From contig OZ024740.1 of NCBI GenBank assembly GCA_964016885.1, positions 59,458,001 through 59,522,000 of the forward strand: a DNA stretch of 64,000 nucleotides. The letters are read 5' to 3'. The position numbers were made by a program, and so were the translations under genes. The notes under the pieces were generated by a model. The model saw nothing but the letters and a program-made list of their open reading frames with translations, was not told where the DNA came from and ran no database searches. Origin of the DNA: Eledone cirrhosa (Eukaryota). This document shows positions 1 through 11,870 of this stretch, piece after piece (within the stretch, counting starts at the first letter, position 1; every line of letters starts with the position of its first letter).

Positions 1-149
1 AGAGAGAGAGAGAGATAGCTTTTATAACTGAGAAAAATATATTGTTTTACATAGAGAGGTTGAAAAACCGTTGGAAGATAATGTATAAATTAAAAGAATT
101 TGAAAATTAACGAAGAGAAAAATAATGTAAAGTTAAGGTTTGTATATTG

Positions 150-317
150 AAGGGTTTAATAATATGTGCGATTAAAAGAAATTGTTAATATGTATTAAGA
201 ATAATATTTAAGGGTTTAATAATATGTGCGATGGAAAGAAAATGTTAATATGTATTAAGAATAATTTTAAGGGTTTAATAATATGTGCGATGGAAAGAAA
301 ATGTTGATATGTATTAT
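150..317. repeat. ~59-bp tandem repeat, about 3 copies
   Basis: AAGGGTTTAATAATATGTGCGAT(G/T)(G/A)AAAGAAA.. recurs at ~150, ~210 and ~269. Confidence 0.85.
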
Positions 318-542
318 TAAAAAAACAGAAGTAATGTAAGTAAGGATATATTGTGAGATGAGCATGAATAAGTTAGATGAAATGAGAAAAAAAATAATGA
401 ATAGAGGATGAATAATCTAACGTCAAAAAAAATGTTTATGTTTACGAAGGATTTTTTCAAGGTGAAATAAAGTAAGAATATAGTGTATTGTGTAATAATT
501 GTTTCTATGTTAGGCACAGTGAGAAAAGGTACAGATTAGGGG

Positions 543-666
543 TTAGAAATTAAAAGAAAAAGAAAAGAAAAGGAAAAGGAAGAAAGGGAAGTGATGAATA
601 GGAATGATATAGAATATGATAAATAACTTTGAAATAAGGTAGAAAGATGGGTATATTTTTAAAGAA

Positions 667-703
<37 letters not shown>

Positions 704-2550
704 CCTTTGAGAAAAGGATTCTGAATTGATAAAGTTTAGGATATTCGCTGTATACTTTATGGAAAGTTCTGTGGAATTTATGCAAGCAGATAGAAAACAA
801 GTCAGTGCGTCTATTTATTATAGAATCTAAATTAGATATAATGGTAAATTTTTCATTCAGACAGAGATTGCAAGTCTTGGATAGAGAACTGTTCAAGTAT
901 GAATAAGCAGAGGAAACCTTTTTCCAAGAGATGTTATATTTAATATTTTTGTCTTTCAAGGACCATATGAGTTCTGAGAGACCCGTGTTGGTTCTTTTAA
1001 GTTTATATTTAAAAGACGAATGATGATTATAAAGACGAGCTTTAAAGGAGGTGGAAGTGGAGCCAAAATAGGTGAAGGAATTGGTGTCAGTTATAACTTT
1101 ACATTCGTAATTTAAGTTTTTATCAAGACAATGGTTCTTGAGAGGACATTTATTTTTAGCAGGGCAATTGCAATTGCAATTAGAGAGATTATTAACGAAT
1201 GACTTAGTGTTATCTATAGAAGGAATTGGATTGGAGAAGTTATTTGCGATAGGAATAATAGTTTCTTGATTTAGAATGGGATTAAGAACATTTAGCGAAG
1301 TTGTGTTTGACGTTGTATTTGGGTTTGCAGAAATTAGCCTAGAGTTTACAATGACGTCGGGAGTACTATTACTATTATTATGATATTCAGTGTTGGAAGG
1401 AAGAGATTTAGTATTTAGTATTTTATTGTTGTGTTTAGAGATAATGTTGGAAATGTTGGAGGATGTCGAATAGGAAAATGTTATAGTGTGTTTGATAAAT
1501 ATTTTACTATAGATATGTGAGGGAGGGAAGCATTTATTTAAGGCACTAAAGAATAATTTAGGAATATTATTATTAATAGAGATGGAGAAAGGAGCATTAT
1601 ACCAGATTATGTTTTTGTATCTAGGTCTTTTATTAAAGTTATTGGAATGATCATGATTAATTATTCTACTGTAAGATCTTCTAGAATTTGTTTCTTTATT
1701 ATATTTGATTTTATCAGGATAGCCGGCTTTAGAAAGCGCGTTATTATAGTAATTGGCGTTAGCATCAAAGATGTTTTTATTAGAAGATAGGTTAGATATT
1801 CTTTTTCCAATATTACTAACTATAGCATTCTTAATATTAGTAGGGTGGTTAGATTTAAAATTAACATAATTTAGGTTCTCATTGTTTTTATGGTAAGGGT
1901 AGTATAGGCCAGTGTCAAGATTAAGAGATACATCCAAGAAATTAGCTAGTTTGATGCTGTTCTCAAATTCAATTTTTAGGTTATGTTGGTTAAAGAGATT
2001 ACGTATATTGTTCTTAATAATATTAAGGTTAACTATGTTGCAATTTAAGATAGTAAAGAGTCCATCGTCACGATAAATTCCACCGCAAAGTTGAGGAATT
2101 TTCCGACTCAAAGAGTTCAAAATAAAGATACCAATTAAATCTGTCAATTGGGATGAATCGGATGCTCCCATTGTGATGTCGAAGTTGTTAGAGGTATCAG
2201 CTCTGGTCCAATATTCATTGTTGAACTCAAGGATGGTACGTGCGGTGAGAATGATGTGAAGTTCATCTGTGGTGATGTCAGAATATTTAAATGCGAAAGA
2301 TAGAGCATTGTTGAGAAGCGAAGGCGAAATAGAAGAATAGTAGCTGGCAATATCAAATTGAACAAATTTTAGTTTGTTTTTATTATTCAATTTGTTTAAC
2401 CAGCCAATCACTTCAGAAGTACCAAACCATAAATTTAAGTTCAAAGAAGAGCAATTAGAACTAACCTGTGGGATAATTCTATCCAAGATGGCTTTACTAA
2501 CAATCCCCAGATCTGATTTAGAGGGGGCGATTAATCTAACAGGTAGTTCA
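543..2550 (-). mobile_element. Penelope-like element ORF (RT + C-terminal GIY-YIG endonuclease), probably Naiad-like clade, 5' truncated
   Basis: 647-aa open frame with FDIASYY, ITMGASDS, YRDDG, FLDVSL, IIWYNAPFS, CNC..CPLKNHC, YFGSTSTSFKARLYNH and CNLCLNEK motifs. The frame continues upstream (ELPVRLIAPSKSDLG) to ~2550. The last ~55 codons are read-through into (TA)n. Confidence 0.9.
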
Positions 2551-2660
2551 TAACCATCTTTTGATCTTATATATTATGTATACTCCAGTCCTACAAACTG
2601 TAGAGTGCTTCTTATCCGATATCTGCATTGCTTTATTGTACTACAATAAAACTCACCTCC

Positions 2661-2760
<100 letters not shown>

Positions 2761-2829
2761 TGACAGATAGAATGAGAGAGACAGAGAGAGAAAGCGGAAG
2801 ATATATACAAATAGAGATTGAGCGAAAAT

Positions 2830-4394
2830 GAGAAAGAGATAATGAGAGACATAGAGGGAGATAGCTTTAGCAGTGGCTTCGTCTGGAGTTGCCACTACAC
2901 ATTTACTTGGAGGTCAGACAGATCATTCTGCTTTCAAATTGGACTTGGGCCTCAGTTTGTGTCATATAAAGAAGTACTCAGGAGCTGCCTAAGTATTGCA
3001 AAGATGTGTAACAATTTTGGGGGATGAATGCACAATGGTGCACAGACACACATTAGAGATCTTGGACAGAGCACTGAAAGATATCCAGAACAACAATCAT
3101 GGGAAGAATCATTATCATTTTATCAGGAGACTTCCAACAAAATTTATCTGTGGTATCAAAGGGGAATCACCCTGAGCAAGTTCGAGCTTGCCTAAAAAAG
3201 TCAACTTTATGGCCACGTATAACCAAACTCAATTTAAGAACCAGCATGCGGCCACAACCCTACAGTGACAACATTTTTGCAGAGTTTACTTAAAAGCTTC
3301 TGAAACTTGGTGAAGGCAAAATATCCCTTGATACTGAAGGATGTTTTGATTCTTCATCATTTTGTACTGTTGTGGAAAGCGATTATCATCATCATCATCA
3401 TCATCGTTTTACGTCCATTCTTCCACGCTAGCATGGGTTAGACGGGTTGTCCTGTTGTGGGCAGTGTCCAGTCGGCTGACCTTGTCTTGCTCATACAGGA
3501 ACTGATTCCTGCTTGATTTCTACAGCTGGATGCCCTTCCTAACACCAACCTCATTTACAGTGAGTGCTGGGTGTTTTTTCCGTGGCGCCTACATGTCCAC
3601 TTTACAGTGTGGGCTGGGTGCTTTTTTGCCGTGGCACCTCCAGGACCACTTTGCAGTGGGAGAGTGTGAGGGCATATTGTCTATATGCTTCAGGTTCGGT
3701 TTGTTCCCGTGAGGGAGGGGGGTCGATTATAGCTTAATTAATCAAGTGTTCCCCAATTTCAAAATTCACCATTCCAATGAGGGGGTGGCTCTATGAAAGA
3801 GCAATCCTTGCACCCCAAAACATCACAGTGAATGCTATCAACAAAACTCTCTCACAAATGATCCCTGGAGGTAGCTAGACTTACAAATTCCATCAACAAA
3901 TTTGTTGATAAGGACAAAACTGTTCATTATTCCATTGAATTTTTCAAAAGTTTGGAACTGTCCGGTATGTTACCACACAACCTTAAATTGAAGAAGGACC
4001 AATCACTATGCTTCTTAGAAACCTGAATCAGTCAAGATTGTGCAATGGGGTGCATATAGTTGCGACTGAACTAGAGTCTCATATTATCGAAGACAAAATC
4101 CACACTGGATGTGGTAAGGGAGATATCGTATTTATACCTAGAATACTGCTAATACCAACAGATGTCCCCTTTCATTTCAAACAATTGCAATTCCCAGTGA
4201 GAATCAGGTACACGATGACCATCAACAAGTCCCAATGTCAAATGCTGCAAATTGTCAGTCTCCATCAAGAAGAGAGCTATTTCTCACATGATCAATTGTA
4301 TGTAGGTTGTTCCAGCGTAGAAAACCCCTACAAACCTTTTCATATATGCTATGAAGAAATAAGTTAAAAACATTGTCAATACTGAAGTTCAGTA
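2830..4394 (+). pseudogene. Helitron RepHel PIF1-type helicase fragment with frameshifts and stops
   Basis: AVASSGVATTHLLGGQTDHSAFKL at ~2870; ILSGDFQQNL; MLLRNLNQSRLCNG; QFPVRIRYTMTINKSQ; FSHDQLYVGCS. Confidence 0.9.
3387..3723 (-). mobile_element. RTE 3'-tail fragment or SINE inserted into the Helitron helicase
   Basis: (CAT)n tail and shared RTE 3'UTR; flanked by direct repeat CGATTAT at 3380-3386 and 3724-3730 (TSD). Confidence 0.85.
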
Positions 4395-5024
4395 AATCCA
4401 TACTATAATAAGAGCAGTGACTGTCACACTCTCTATATAGAGGGAGGAAAATACTACTCTACCTTTCACTCATTCCACCCTCCTCCTCTCTCTAACTAAA
4501 TGTATGTCAGAACGAACGAAAATACAGAGTTTTTTTGTTGTGTGCATGTTTCTGTGTGTGTGTGTATTTCTGTGTCTAAGTGTGTTTCTGTATATCCATC
4601 AAAATATACACAACACTTCACAGTCTTCAAGATATGACTTTCTCTATAATGACAGGTTAATGTTGAGAGAGAGATACAGTGTGTGTGTGTGTGTGTTAAA
4701 GATAAATAGAGAGGTAGAGAGTGTTGTCACCTGAAAACACAGGGAATTTTAAGTGTAAGTTTGTTAACACGTGTAAAAAAGTATGTATGTGTTTCTGTAT
4801 GTCCTAAGGAAAACCAGGTTACAAATAGTGTTTTACAATTTATGTAGAATACATTTTTCTATAATTTTCTTTATTACTTTCTGTCTTTAGATATTCTAAA
4901 TAAGTTTTTAAAAAGCATGTTATGCAACATTTAAATACCTTTTAACATCTTTTATTTCAAAGAAAATGGGCATTGCGATAGATGTCAATAGGTGCCTTAT
5001 GAATAGATTTAAGCAAAGTAGAAA

Positions 5025-5052
5025 CCGGAGAAAAGACCGGATGACCGCTACT
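5025..5052 (+). other. Degenerate Helitron 3' terminus (hairpin + CTAG-like)
   Basis: CCGG-N8-CCGG followed by CTAC|T, resembling the cleaner terminus at 21270-21298; lies downstream of the helicase remnant. Confidence 0.4.
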
Positions 5053-5204
5053 ATATATATAAGTCTAACATGACAAAGTTTCACATGAGTACTTTAATCG
5101 ATTATCGTCCAGTTAAGTATGTTTCACAGGTTATTGGTTCAAGGTTCCAATATTGGTACCACCTCAAGTAATCAACAAAAATTAGTGAATAACCTATATA
5201 TATA

Positions 5205-5603
5205 CATCATCATCATCATCATTTTACGTCCACTTTTCCCTGCTTGCAAGGGTGGGACGGGAACTGATTCTGGCTTGATTTCCACAGCTGGATGTCCTTC
5301 CATACACCAACCTCATTTACAGTGAGTGCTGGGTGCTTTTTTTCTGTGACGCCTACACGTCCACTTTACAGTGAGGGCTGGGTGATTTTTTGCCGGGGCA
5401 CCTCCATGACCACTTTGCAGTGAATGATATGTGGAATGATAGGGAACCCAGTCCTATCATCTCATTTCTACAGCTGAGTAAACTGGAGTAATGTGAAATA
5501 AAGTGTCTTGCTCAAGGAAACAACACATCACCCGGTTTGAGAATTGAACTCACAACCTTTCGAATGCAAGGCCAATGCTCTAACAACTAAGCCATGTGCC
5601 TCC
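5205..5603 (-). mobile_element. tRNA-derived SINE with CORE-like body and RTE 3' tail
   Basis: Reverse complement begins GGCACATGGCTTAGTTGTTAGAGC..GAGTTCAATTC (A/B boxes), then CCTTGAGCAAGACAC, and ends in (GAT)n; matches 21364-21750. Confidence 0.85.
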
Positions 5604-5612
5604 ATATATATA

Positions 5613-5648
<36 letters not shown>

Positions 5649-5692
5649 TGTATGTATGTATGTATGTATGTATGTATGAAGATGTATATATA

Positions 5693-6568
5693 CAAGGTGT
5701 GTCAGAAAAGTTCCAGGACTGATGTCACAAAAGATTTATTTCAAACCCAAACTTCACACTAAGAATTTTCTCCTTCAAAGTAATCACCTGGAGTCTAATG
5801 CACTTTTCCATCCTTTTCTGCTACACTTGCATGCACTCCTGGAATGATTCTTCCGGGATCCTCCGCAGTTTCGTCGTCACAGCCTTTTTGATGTCGTCCA
5901 CGTCTTCAAAACGGGTCCCCACCGAGTCATACTCGAAGATCCATGACTCATCACCGGTGATGATTGTCCCTAGCAAGTCTGGTTCGCTTTCAAGACGCTC
6001 GAGGATGTCCTGGCACACTTGCATGCATCGACCCTTCTGGTCATCGTTCAGCAGTTTTGCGACCATCTTCGCGCAGACTTTCCGCATATCCAAATCTTCA
6101 GTGAGAATCTTCCAGACGCTGTCCCGATTCATGGCCAGCTCATTTGCCATCAGTCGAACAGTCAGCCGACGATTGCTACACACTATCTGCCTGATGCGCT
6201 CAACGTTGATCTCAGTCCTGGTTGTTGAGGGCCTTCCGCTCATCTTGCACCATTCAAAAACACGTGAGCGTGACATCGTCTCATCTCCATACACTTGCTG
6301 CAGCAATCCCAGTGCTTCTGACGGAGTTTTCCCCAACCTTACCAGAAACTTCAAGTTTGTTCGTTGCTCTGTGCTCATTGCTTGACGACCTGAAACAGAG
6401 GACATGTATATAAAATTATGAATAAAAAGTTTGATCGCTGCAGAGAGCTAAGATTACAGTTACATACTCCAGGGGGATTACTTTGAAGGAGAAAACTCCG
6501 AATGTGAAGTTTGGGTTTGAAATAAATCTTTTGTGACATCAGTCCTGGAACTTTTCTGACACACCTCG
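5693..6568 (-). mobile_element. Internally deleted mariner transposon with ~102-bp inverted termini and TA TSD
   Basis: TA|CAAGGTGTGTCAGAAAAG.. and ..CTTTTCTGACACACCTCG|TA; inverted match 5693-5794 vs 6466-6568. Confidence 0.93.
5821..6405 (-). pseudogene. Truncated mariner transposase (HTH domains and first catalytic D only)
   Basis: EQRTNLKF..MSRSRVFEW, SGRPST, KVCAKMVAKLL and ITGDESWIFEYD fused in frame to GTRFEDVDDIKK; the rest of the catalytic core is deleted. Confidence 0.88.
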
Positions 6569-6624
6569 TATATATACATCATCACCGTCATCATCATCAT
6601 CATCGTAAAATGATGATGATGATG

Positions 6625-6688
<64 letters not shown>

Positions 6689-6739
6689 TTTTGCGAGGTT
6701 TTTGATATGAAATCGTGTGTCGAAACAAATATTGTTATA

Positions 6740-7898
6740 CTTGGGGAAGGTCATATTTGTGTAATAATATTGCCAGAATTAATAACAGAACACACTCACT
6801 GTTTGGTTGGTTTTCGCTTCTGTGTCTTTTATATCGGTTAATTTAATTTATTCGGTCCTTAATGTTACCATTGACTGACCAACGGTCAAAAATACAGATA
6901 CAATATAGACGCAAACACATATATATAGTCTAACAAAGTTCTTTCGTTGCACATCTGCAACATCGTCAGTGGTGCTATTATGTTTTCTCCCGTTGCATTG
7001 TATGCCTACGCCATCTTTATTTAGTCTGTTTATTTATTTATTTATTTGTTTTTGTTTTTTTTTGTCTTCTCTGCGCATGCGTTTGCGTGTATGTATAGTG
7101 TTTTGTTTGATGTGTGTTCGTGTTTGGGTGACTGTGTATTGGTTATTGTATTCTATCTTAGTTTACTAGTGTGTGTTTATATGTGTTTGTTATTGTGCTT
7201 GTGTATGTATTTATTTATACTTCTCTTAGGTCAGTGTTGTTTGTTTGGGTGTTGTTGTTATTCCATTCATTTTTTTCTGTTTAGCCTTGGCTTTCTAAGT
7301 TCTATTTCGCTGGCCTCTCTGATTTGCCTATCTGCTGGGTCATTTCTATGTTCAGATATTATTCTAATTTCTATGTTGTCTATGTTACCGTCGCGTTGTT
7401 GTCTGGCATGTTCGTATAGTATTAAATAAATAAATACATACACAAGCACAATAACAACAAACACATATAAACACACACTAGTAAACTAAGATAGAATACA
7501 ATAACCAATACACAGTCACCCAAACATGAACACACATCAAACAAAACACTATACACACACGCAAGCGCATGCGCAGAGAAGACAAAAAAGTAAACAAGTA
7601 AATAAATAAATAAACAGACTAAATAAAGATGGCGTATATACAATGCAACGGGAGGAAACATAATAGCACCATTGACGATGTTGCAGATGTGCAACGAAAG
7701 AACTTTGTTAGACTATATATATATGTGTTTGTGTCTATATTGTATCTGTATTTTTGACCGTTGGTCAGTCAATGGTAACACTGAGGACCGAATAAATTAA
7801 ATTAACCGATATAAAGGACACAGAAGCGAAAACCAACCAAACAGTGAGTGTGTTCTGTTATTAATTCTGGCAATATTATTACACAAATACGACCCTCC

Positions 7899-7900
<2 letters not shown>
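6740..7900. mobile_element. Penelope-like remnant: inverted pseudo-LTRs (~470 bp) flanking a GIY-YIG C-terminal fragment
   Basis: ~6740-7218 is the reverse complement of ~7423-7900. The spacer encodes LYEHARQQ..DRQIREASEIELRKPRLNRK on the minus strand. Each arm has a hammerhead-like core. Flanked by (TA)n. Confidence 0.8.
6930..6978 (-). ncRNA. Hammerhead ribozyme-like core with weak stem I
   Basis: Minus strand reads CTGACGA T GTTGCA-GATG-TGCAAC GAAA GAACT T; the mirror copy near 7672 has TTGACGA. Confidence 0.5.
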
Positions 7901-7945
<45 letters not shown>

Positions 7946-8002
7946 GTGCCCCCTCGTTATCGAGTATGGCCATTGCACGAGAAAAAAAACCCATAATAAG
8001 AA

Positions 8003-11000
8003 CAATAATAATAATAATAATAATGATTTCATTTATTGGCCACAAGGGCCGACATATAGGGGACAACACAATAGACAGGGACAGGGGGGGTTTACATAGA
8101 GATCGAGTAAGTATAAATAACAAAAAACAAAATAACAATAAAAATACAACAATGAAAGTTCCCCAATAAGAGGTATCACCACCCAGGGTTGACTCAAGCA
8201 CCCCACCAGTCCTGAGCCACCCGACGCTCCTAGGGCACCCGGGAAGGGCACCCCTCTCCTTCTCGAATTCACCAGCCTACAGGCGCATGATCAGAGTAGG
8301 CCCACTCACGCGGGCCATTCTCGCCACATTCACCCACCTTTCAGTAAATGTACTGGGGGGCAGCACTTCTCTCTCCACCCTCACCTTCCTTTCCAAGTGA
8401 AACTTGAAGAAGTTGATGAGGGATTGGCCGAAGAGAAAAGTGTCTGTCTTCAGTCCTTTCAACCTGGTCCACCATGCAACCTCTTTCGCTACTGCCACCA
8501 GGCAGAGGAAAATTGCCTGCCCTTCCTGACCAAAAGAAGGCGGCGGGTCAATCTTCACTATGGACTCGGACGATAGCCGGATCCGTTCTACACGCGACAA
8601 TAGCTGTTCGACATAACCCCACAAGTCAGCAATGCACGGACACTGGACGAGTGCGTGCAGAACGGTTTCGTCGCTCTGCGCGCATCTCGGGCAGGTTCGT
8701 CTGACAGCACTTCCGTGCCTGTAGAGTTTATCCCGAACCGGCAGCGCCCCCCGGTAGCACTGCCAAGCGAGAGATTTCTGGAAGTTATCCATCGTCCCCG
8801 GCTCGAAAGTCCTCCGGAACATACTGGTCAGTTCTACTTCGTTGACGCCTAGAGCCTCTCCTAGTACGTCATCGTACTTGCCCTCCACTAATCCTCTATA
8901 GAAATCTTGAGTGGAAGTTCCACTGACCGCATTGCCCACCTTGCAGAGTGCAGTGAGCGCCTGGCAACATTCCAGATGCCAGTCGCCCAGTCTCGGTCTC
9001 TTCTTGACCCAGGACTGCAGCTCAGTCAAAGAGATGAGCTGCGGAAAGGCCCGTCTAACAAACGGCGACCACACCTGTTCACCGTTTAGGCAAAATATCT
9101 GGAGATGTCGCAGCCTCAGCGCATGTCTGCGCATCATTAGCCACGGCATGCCCAGCCCTCCACGAAGAGGGTGCTGGCAGCAGATGGACCGCCTCACCAA
9201 CGGGACCCGTCCCCTCCACAAAAATTTGAAAAGGAGCCGTTCCAAATTGGCGAGGCGTGGACGGGGGCAAGGCATGACGGTCAGGCGGTAGTAGATGACG
9301 GACGCGATGTACGCGTTCGCCACCTCCGCCCGCCCTTTCAGTGATAGCTTTCTCTCAGCCCATTTCTGGGTGAGGTTGGCTATCCTGCTCGTCACCTCGT
9401 CCCAATTCTTATCCACCTGGAGGTCTGGTCCGAACCAAACCCCGAGCAACTTTACCGGTCCGTCTGTCCAGTGCCCAACGACGCTGTTGGACGGCATGGA
9501 CTTGCCTCTCCAGGTGCCGAGCTGCAAGCCCACCGACTTTTCCGGGTTAAGTTTTGCTCCCGTCAACCTTTCATATTCCTCCAAATGGGTGCGGATCACC
9601 TCGATTTCCGAGGTGTCCGACACCATCACGGTGATGTCGTCCGCATAAGCGGACGCAGCCTTTCTACGTCCCGGTTCGAGCGGGATGCCCTGCAACAACT
9701 CCAGCTTCCGCAGTAGAGGCTCAAGAGTCAATACGTACAGAAGTGAGGAGAGAGGGCACCCTTGACGGACCGATCGAGAGATCTGAAACGGTTCCGAGAG
9801 GTGGCCATTAACTTTGACCACCGAGCAGATGCCGCTGTACATTGCAGCGATCCAGCTTCTGAAGACGGGGCCGAAGCCAGCCGCCTCGAGGACAGCCTCC
9901 AAGTACCGATGGTCGACCCTATCGAATGCTTTCGATTGATCTAAATTGATCAGAGTCCCACCGAAGCCAGGTTTGCACCCAACCCTCTCTATGATGTATC
10001 GCATGAGGTGGAGGTTGTCGTGTATGGACCTGGTCGGGATTGCGCAAGTTTGCACCTCCCCAACCAAATCTTTGACGACAAGCGCCAACCTTTTCGCTAA
10101 CACCTTGGCCAAAATCTTAAACTCTGTGTTGAGCAGGGTTATGGGCCTGAAATTATCTAGTGTGTCCCTCTTGTTCTCATCTTTCCTTATCAGCGTCACT
10201 ACGCCACGGCTCACAGAACTGGGAATGCTCCCGTTCTGCTGCCAGTTGCAGTAGAGCGCTTCGAGGAGATCGGAGAACAAGTCTGGCATATTTACGTAAA
10301 GCTCGTAGGGCAGACCATCCAAACCGGGTGACTTGCGACTCGAGCAGCTGACAAGGGCGTCCTGAATTTCAACTGATGTTATCGGCTCTTCGCAGCACTC
10401 AGCGTCGGCCGTCGAGAGGCGTGGCAAGCCGTCGAGGTAGGGACTGAAGTTCGCCGCCGTCTCCGACTCACCCATCCTCCCGAACAATCGAGCAAAGTGC
10501 TGGCGAAAGGCCTCACATATCTGCTTGGAATCGCTCAGTTCGTGTCCATCTCGATCCGTCAAAGACCGAATTGTGGTTTTAATTACACGCTGCGTCTCTG
10601 CAAAGCGAGCCCATCGGGCAGCTTTGGTTCCCTCGTTCCTCAGAGCACGCGCCTTAGCTCTGACAATGCAACCTTCGTGTTTCGCATTGAAGAAATGGTC
10701 TAGTGCCATTCTCGCCGCTACCACGTCTGTTGCAATGCCACTACAAATAGCCTCGTCTAACTTAGCTATCAGCCCCTCCTCCTTTCTATTTTTCTCTATT
10801 GCTACTTCTTTGCTAAATCCTATCGAGGTTGCTCTAATCTCTCTTTTGAGAGCCCCCCACCACCTGTTGTTGACAACCCCCCCTGTCAACTTTTGCTTAA
10901 CTAAGTTGTTGACCCGGTCCCTGTAAGCTTTACGTGCCGGAAACGACATGTTTAGCTTCCAGTAGCTAGGTCCTAACCTACGTGTCTTATCTAGGTCGAC

Positions 11001-11870
11001 CATACAGATCACAAGCTTGTGATCTGAATAGGCAACCGTTTTAAAATGTGGACATCCTACACTATTTCTATCTCTTTTCCTAATGAAAATCCTATCTATG
11101 TACGATCTAGATGACCCTATGCGATTGGTCCAGGTCCATACTGGCGCATTAGGGAAATCTAGTCGGTACCTGTCAGACAGTTGAAACTGGCTGATCAGGT
11201 ACTTGAGGCTTTTGCACCCCCCGCTCCTATCAGATACTCCCACACAGTCCCAGCGTGCTTCTAAGATGCCATTCCAATCCCCTATTAACAGTAAAGGGCG
11301 AGACGTAAGCAGAAAGTTTTCCAGGCGCCTAAAGAAGTCCGGCCGACCGGCCCCAGTAGGGGCGTAGACGGCCACCAGTCTAAAGGCACCACCTTCGCCA
11401 TTGCTCACGTCCAGGACCACCAACTTTCCGTCAGGATCCCGGAAGATTGACCTTACCTCGAGATCCAGACATTTCCTAAACAGCACAGCCACTCCACCTC
11501 CCATTCCCGGCCGACTAACAGATGCAAAGATCTGATAATCGTCGAAAATCGGCACCAGTGCGCGTGTGTCGGAAATTCTGGTCTCGCTGATGGCAATTAC
11601 ATCCATTCCTAGTGACCTGAGGTCGTTGAGCAAGTGACCTTGCTTCCAGGGCGACCCCAGGCCACGAACATTTAAACTTCCTACTCTTATGGCCATGCTG
11701 GCAGGATGAATGGGAGAGGAAAGGTTTACTTACCTTCCGGGGTCTTGTGAAGGTCGGGTGGTTCGACCTCCATGGTTTGTGGGGTTTCTTTTGGGAACCC
11801 CTTTAATAGTCTTGAAGTGGGTTTTACGTTCGGGGTTCCCACATCCCGAGGAAAGCTCTTTCGAATTTCT
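8003..11870 (-). mobile_element. Tx1/L1-clade non-LTR retrotransposon, 5' truncated within ORF1
   Basis: Intact ORF2; 3'UTR with AATAAA and (ATT)n tail at ~8003-8036; probable ORF1 C-terminus at ~11726-11870. Confidence 0.92.
8277..11696 (-). CDS. LINE ORF2: APE endonuclease + reverse transcriptase + C-terminal zinc knuckle, 1139 aa, uninterrupted
   Basis: SLNVRGL, ISET, IGDWN, SYIDRIF, SDHKLV; KSPGLDG, RPITLLN, DQSKAFDRVDH, RQGCPLS, AYADD; CPRC..HALVQC. Confidence 0.95.
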   Translation of the reverse strand: MAIRVGSLNVRGLGSPWKQGHLLNDLRSLGMDVIAISETRISDTRALVPIFDDYQIFASVSRPGMGGGVAVLFRKCLDLEVRSIFRDPDGKLVVLDVSNGEGGAFRLVAVYAPTGAGRPDFFRRLENFLLTSRPLLLIGDWNGILEARWDCVGVSDRSGGCKSLKYLISQFQLSDRYRLDFPNAPVWTWTNRIGSSRSYIDRIFIRKRDRNSVGCPHFKTVAYSDHKLVICMVDLDKTRRLGPSYWKLNMSFPARKAYRDRVNNLVKQKLTGGVVNNRWWGALKREIRATSIGFSKEVAIEKNRKEEGLIAKLDEAICSGIATDVVAARMALDHFFNAKHEGCIVRAKARALRNEGTKAARWARFAETQRVIKTTIRSLTDRDGHELSDSKQICEAFRQHFARLFGRMGESETAANFSPYLDGLPRLSTADAECCEEPITSVEIQDALVSCSSRKSPGLDGLPYELYVNMPDLFSDLLEALYCNWQQNGSIPSSVSRGVVTLIRKDENKRDTLDNFRPITLLNTEFKILAKVLAKRLALVVKDLVGEVQTCAIPTRSIHDNLHLMRYIIERVGCKPGFGGTLINLDQSKAFDRVDHRYLEAVLEAAGFGPVFRSWIAAMYSGICSVVKVNGHLSEPFQISRSVRQGCPLSSLLYVLTLEPLLRKLELLQGIPLEPGRRKAASAYADDITVMVSDTSEIEVIRTHLEEYERLTGAKLNPEKSVGLQLGTWRGKSMPSNSVVGHWTDGPVKLLGVWFGPDLQVDKNWDEVTSRIANLTQKWAERKLSLKGRAEVANAYIASVIYYRLTVMPCPRPRLANLERLLFKFLWRGRVPLVRRSICCQHPLRGGLGMPWLMMRRHALRLRHLQIFCLNGEQVWSPFVRRAFPQLISLTELQSWVKKRPRLGDWHLECCQALTALCKVGNAVSGTSTQDFYRGLVEGKYDDVLGEALGVNEVELTSMFRRTFEPGTMDNFQKSLAWQCYRGALPVRDKLYRHGSAVRRTCPRCAQSDETVLHALVQCPCIADLWGYVEQLLSRVERIRLSSESIVKIDPPPSFGQEGQAIFLCLVAVAKEVAWWTRLKGLKTDTFLFGQSLINFFKFHLERKVRVEREVLPPSTFTERWVNVARMARVSGPTLIMRL

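Noticed and set aside
150-317. CRISPR-like periodicity
   Set aside because: Plain tandem repeat without unique spacers, in eukaryotic context
5798-6385. 195-aa plus-strand ORF
   Set aside because: Antisense shadow of the mariner transposase
8474-10926. Many plus-strand ORFs inside the Tx1 element
   Set aside because: Antisense frames of a GC-rich coding sequence
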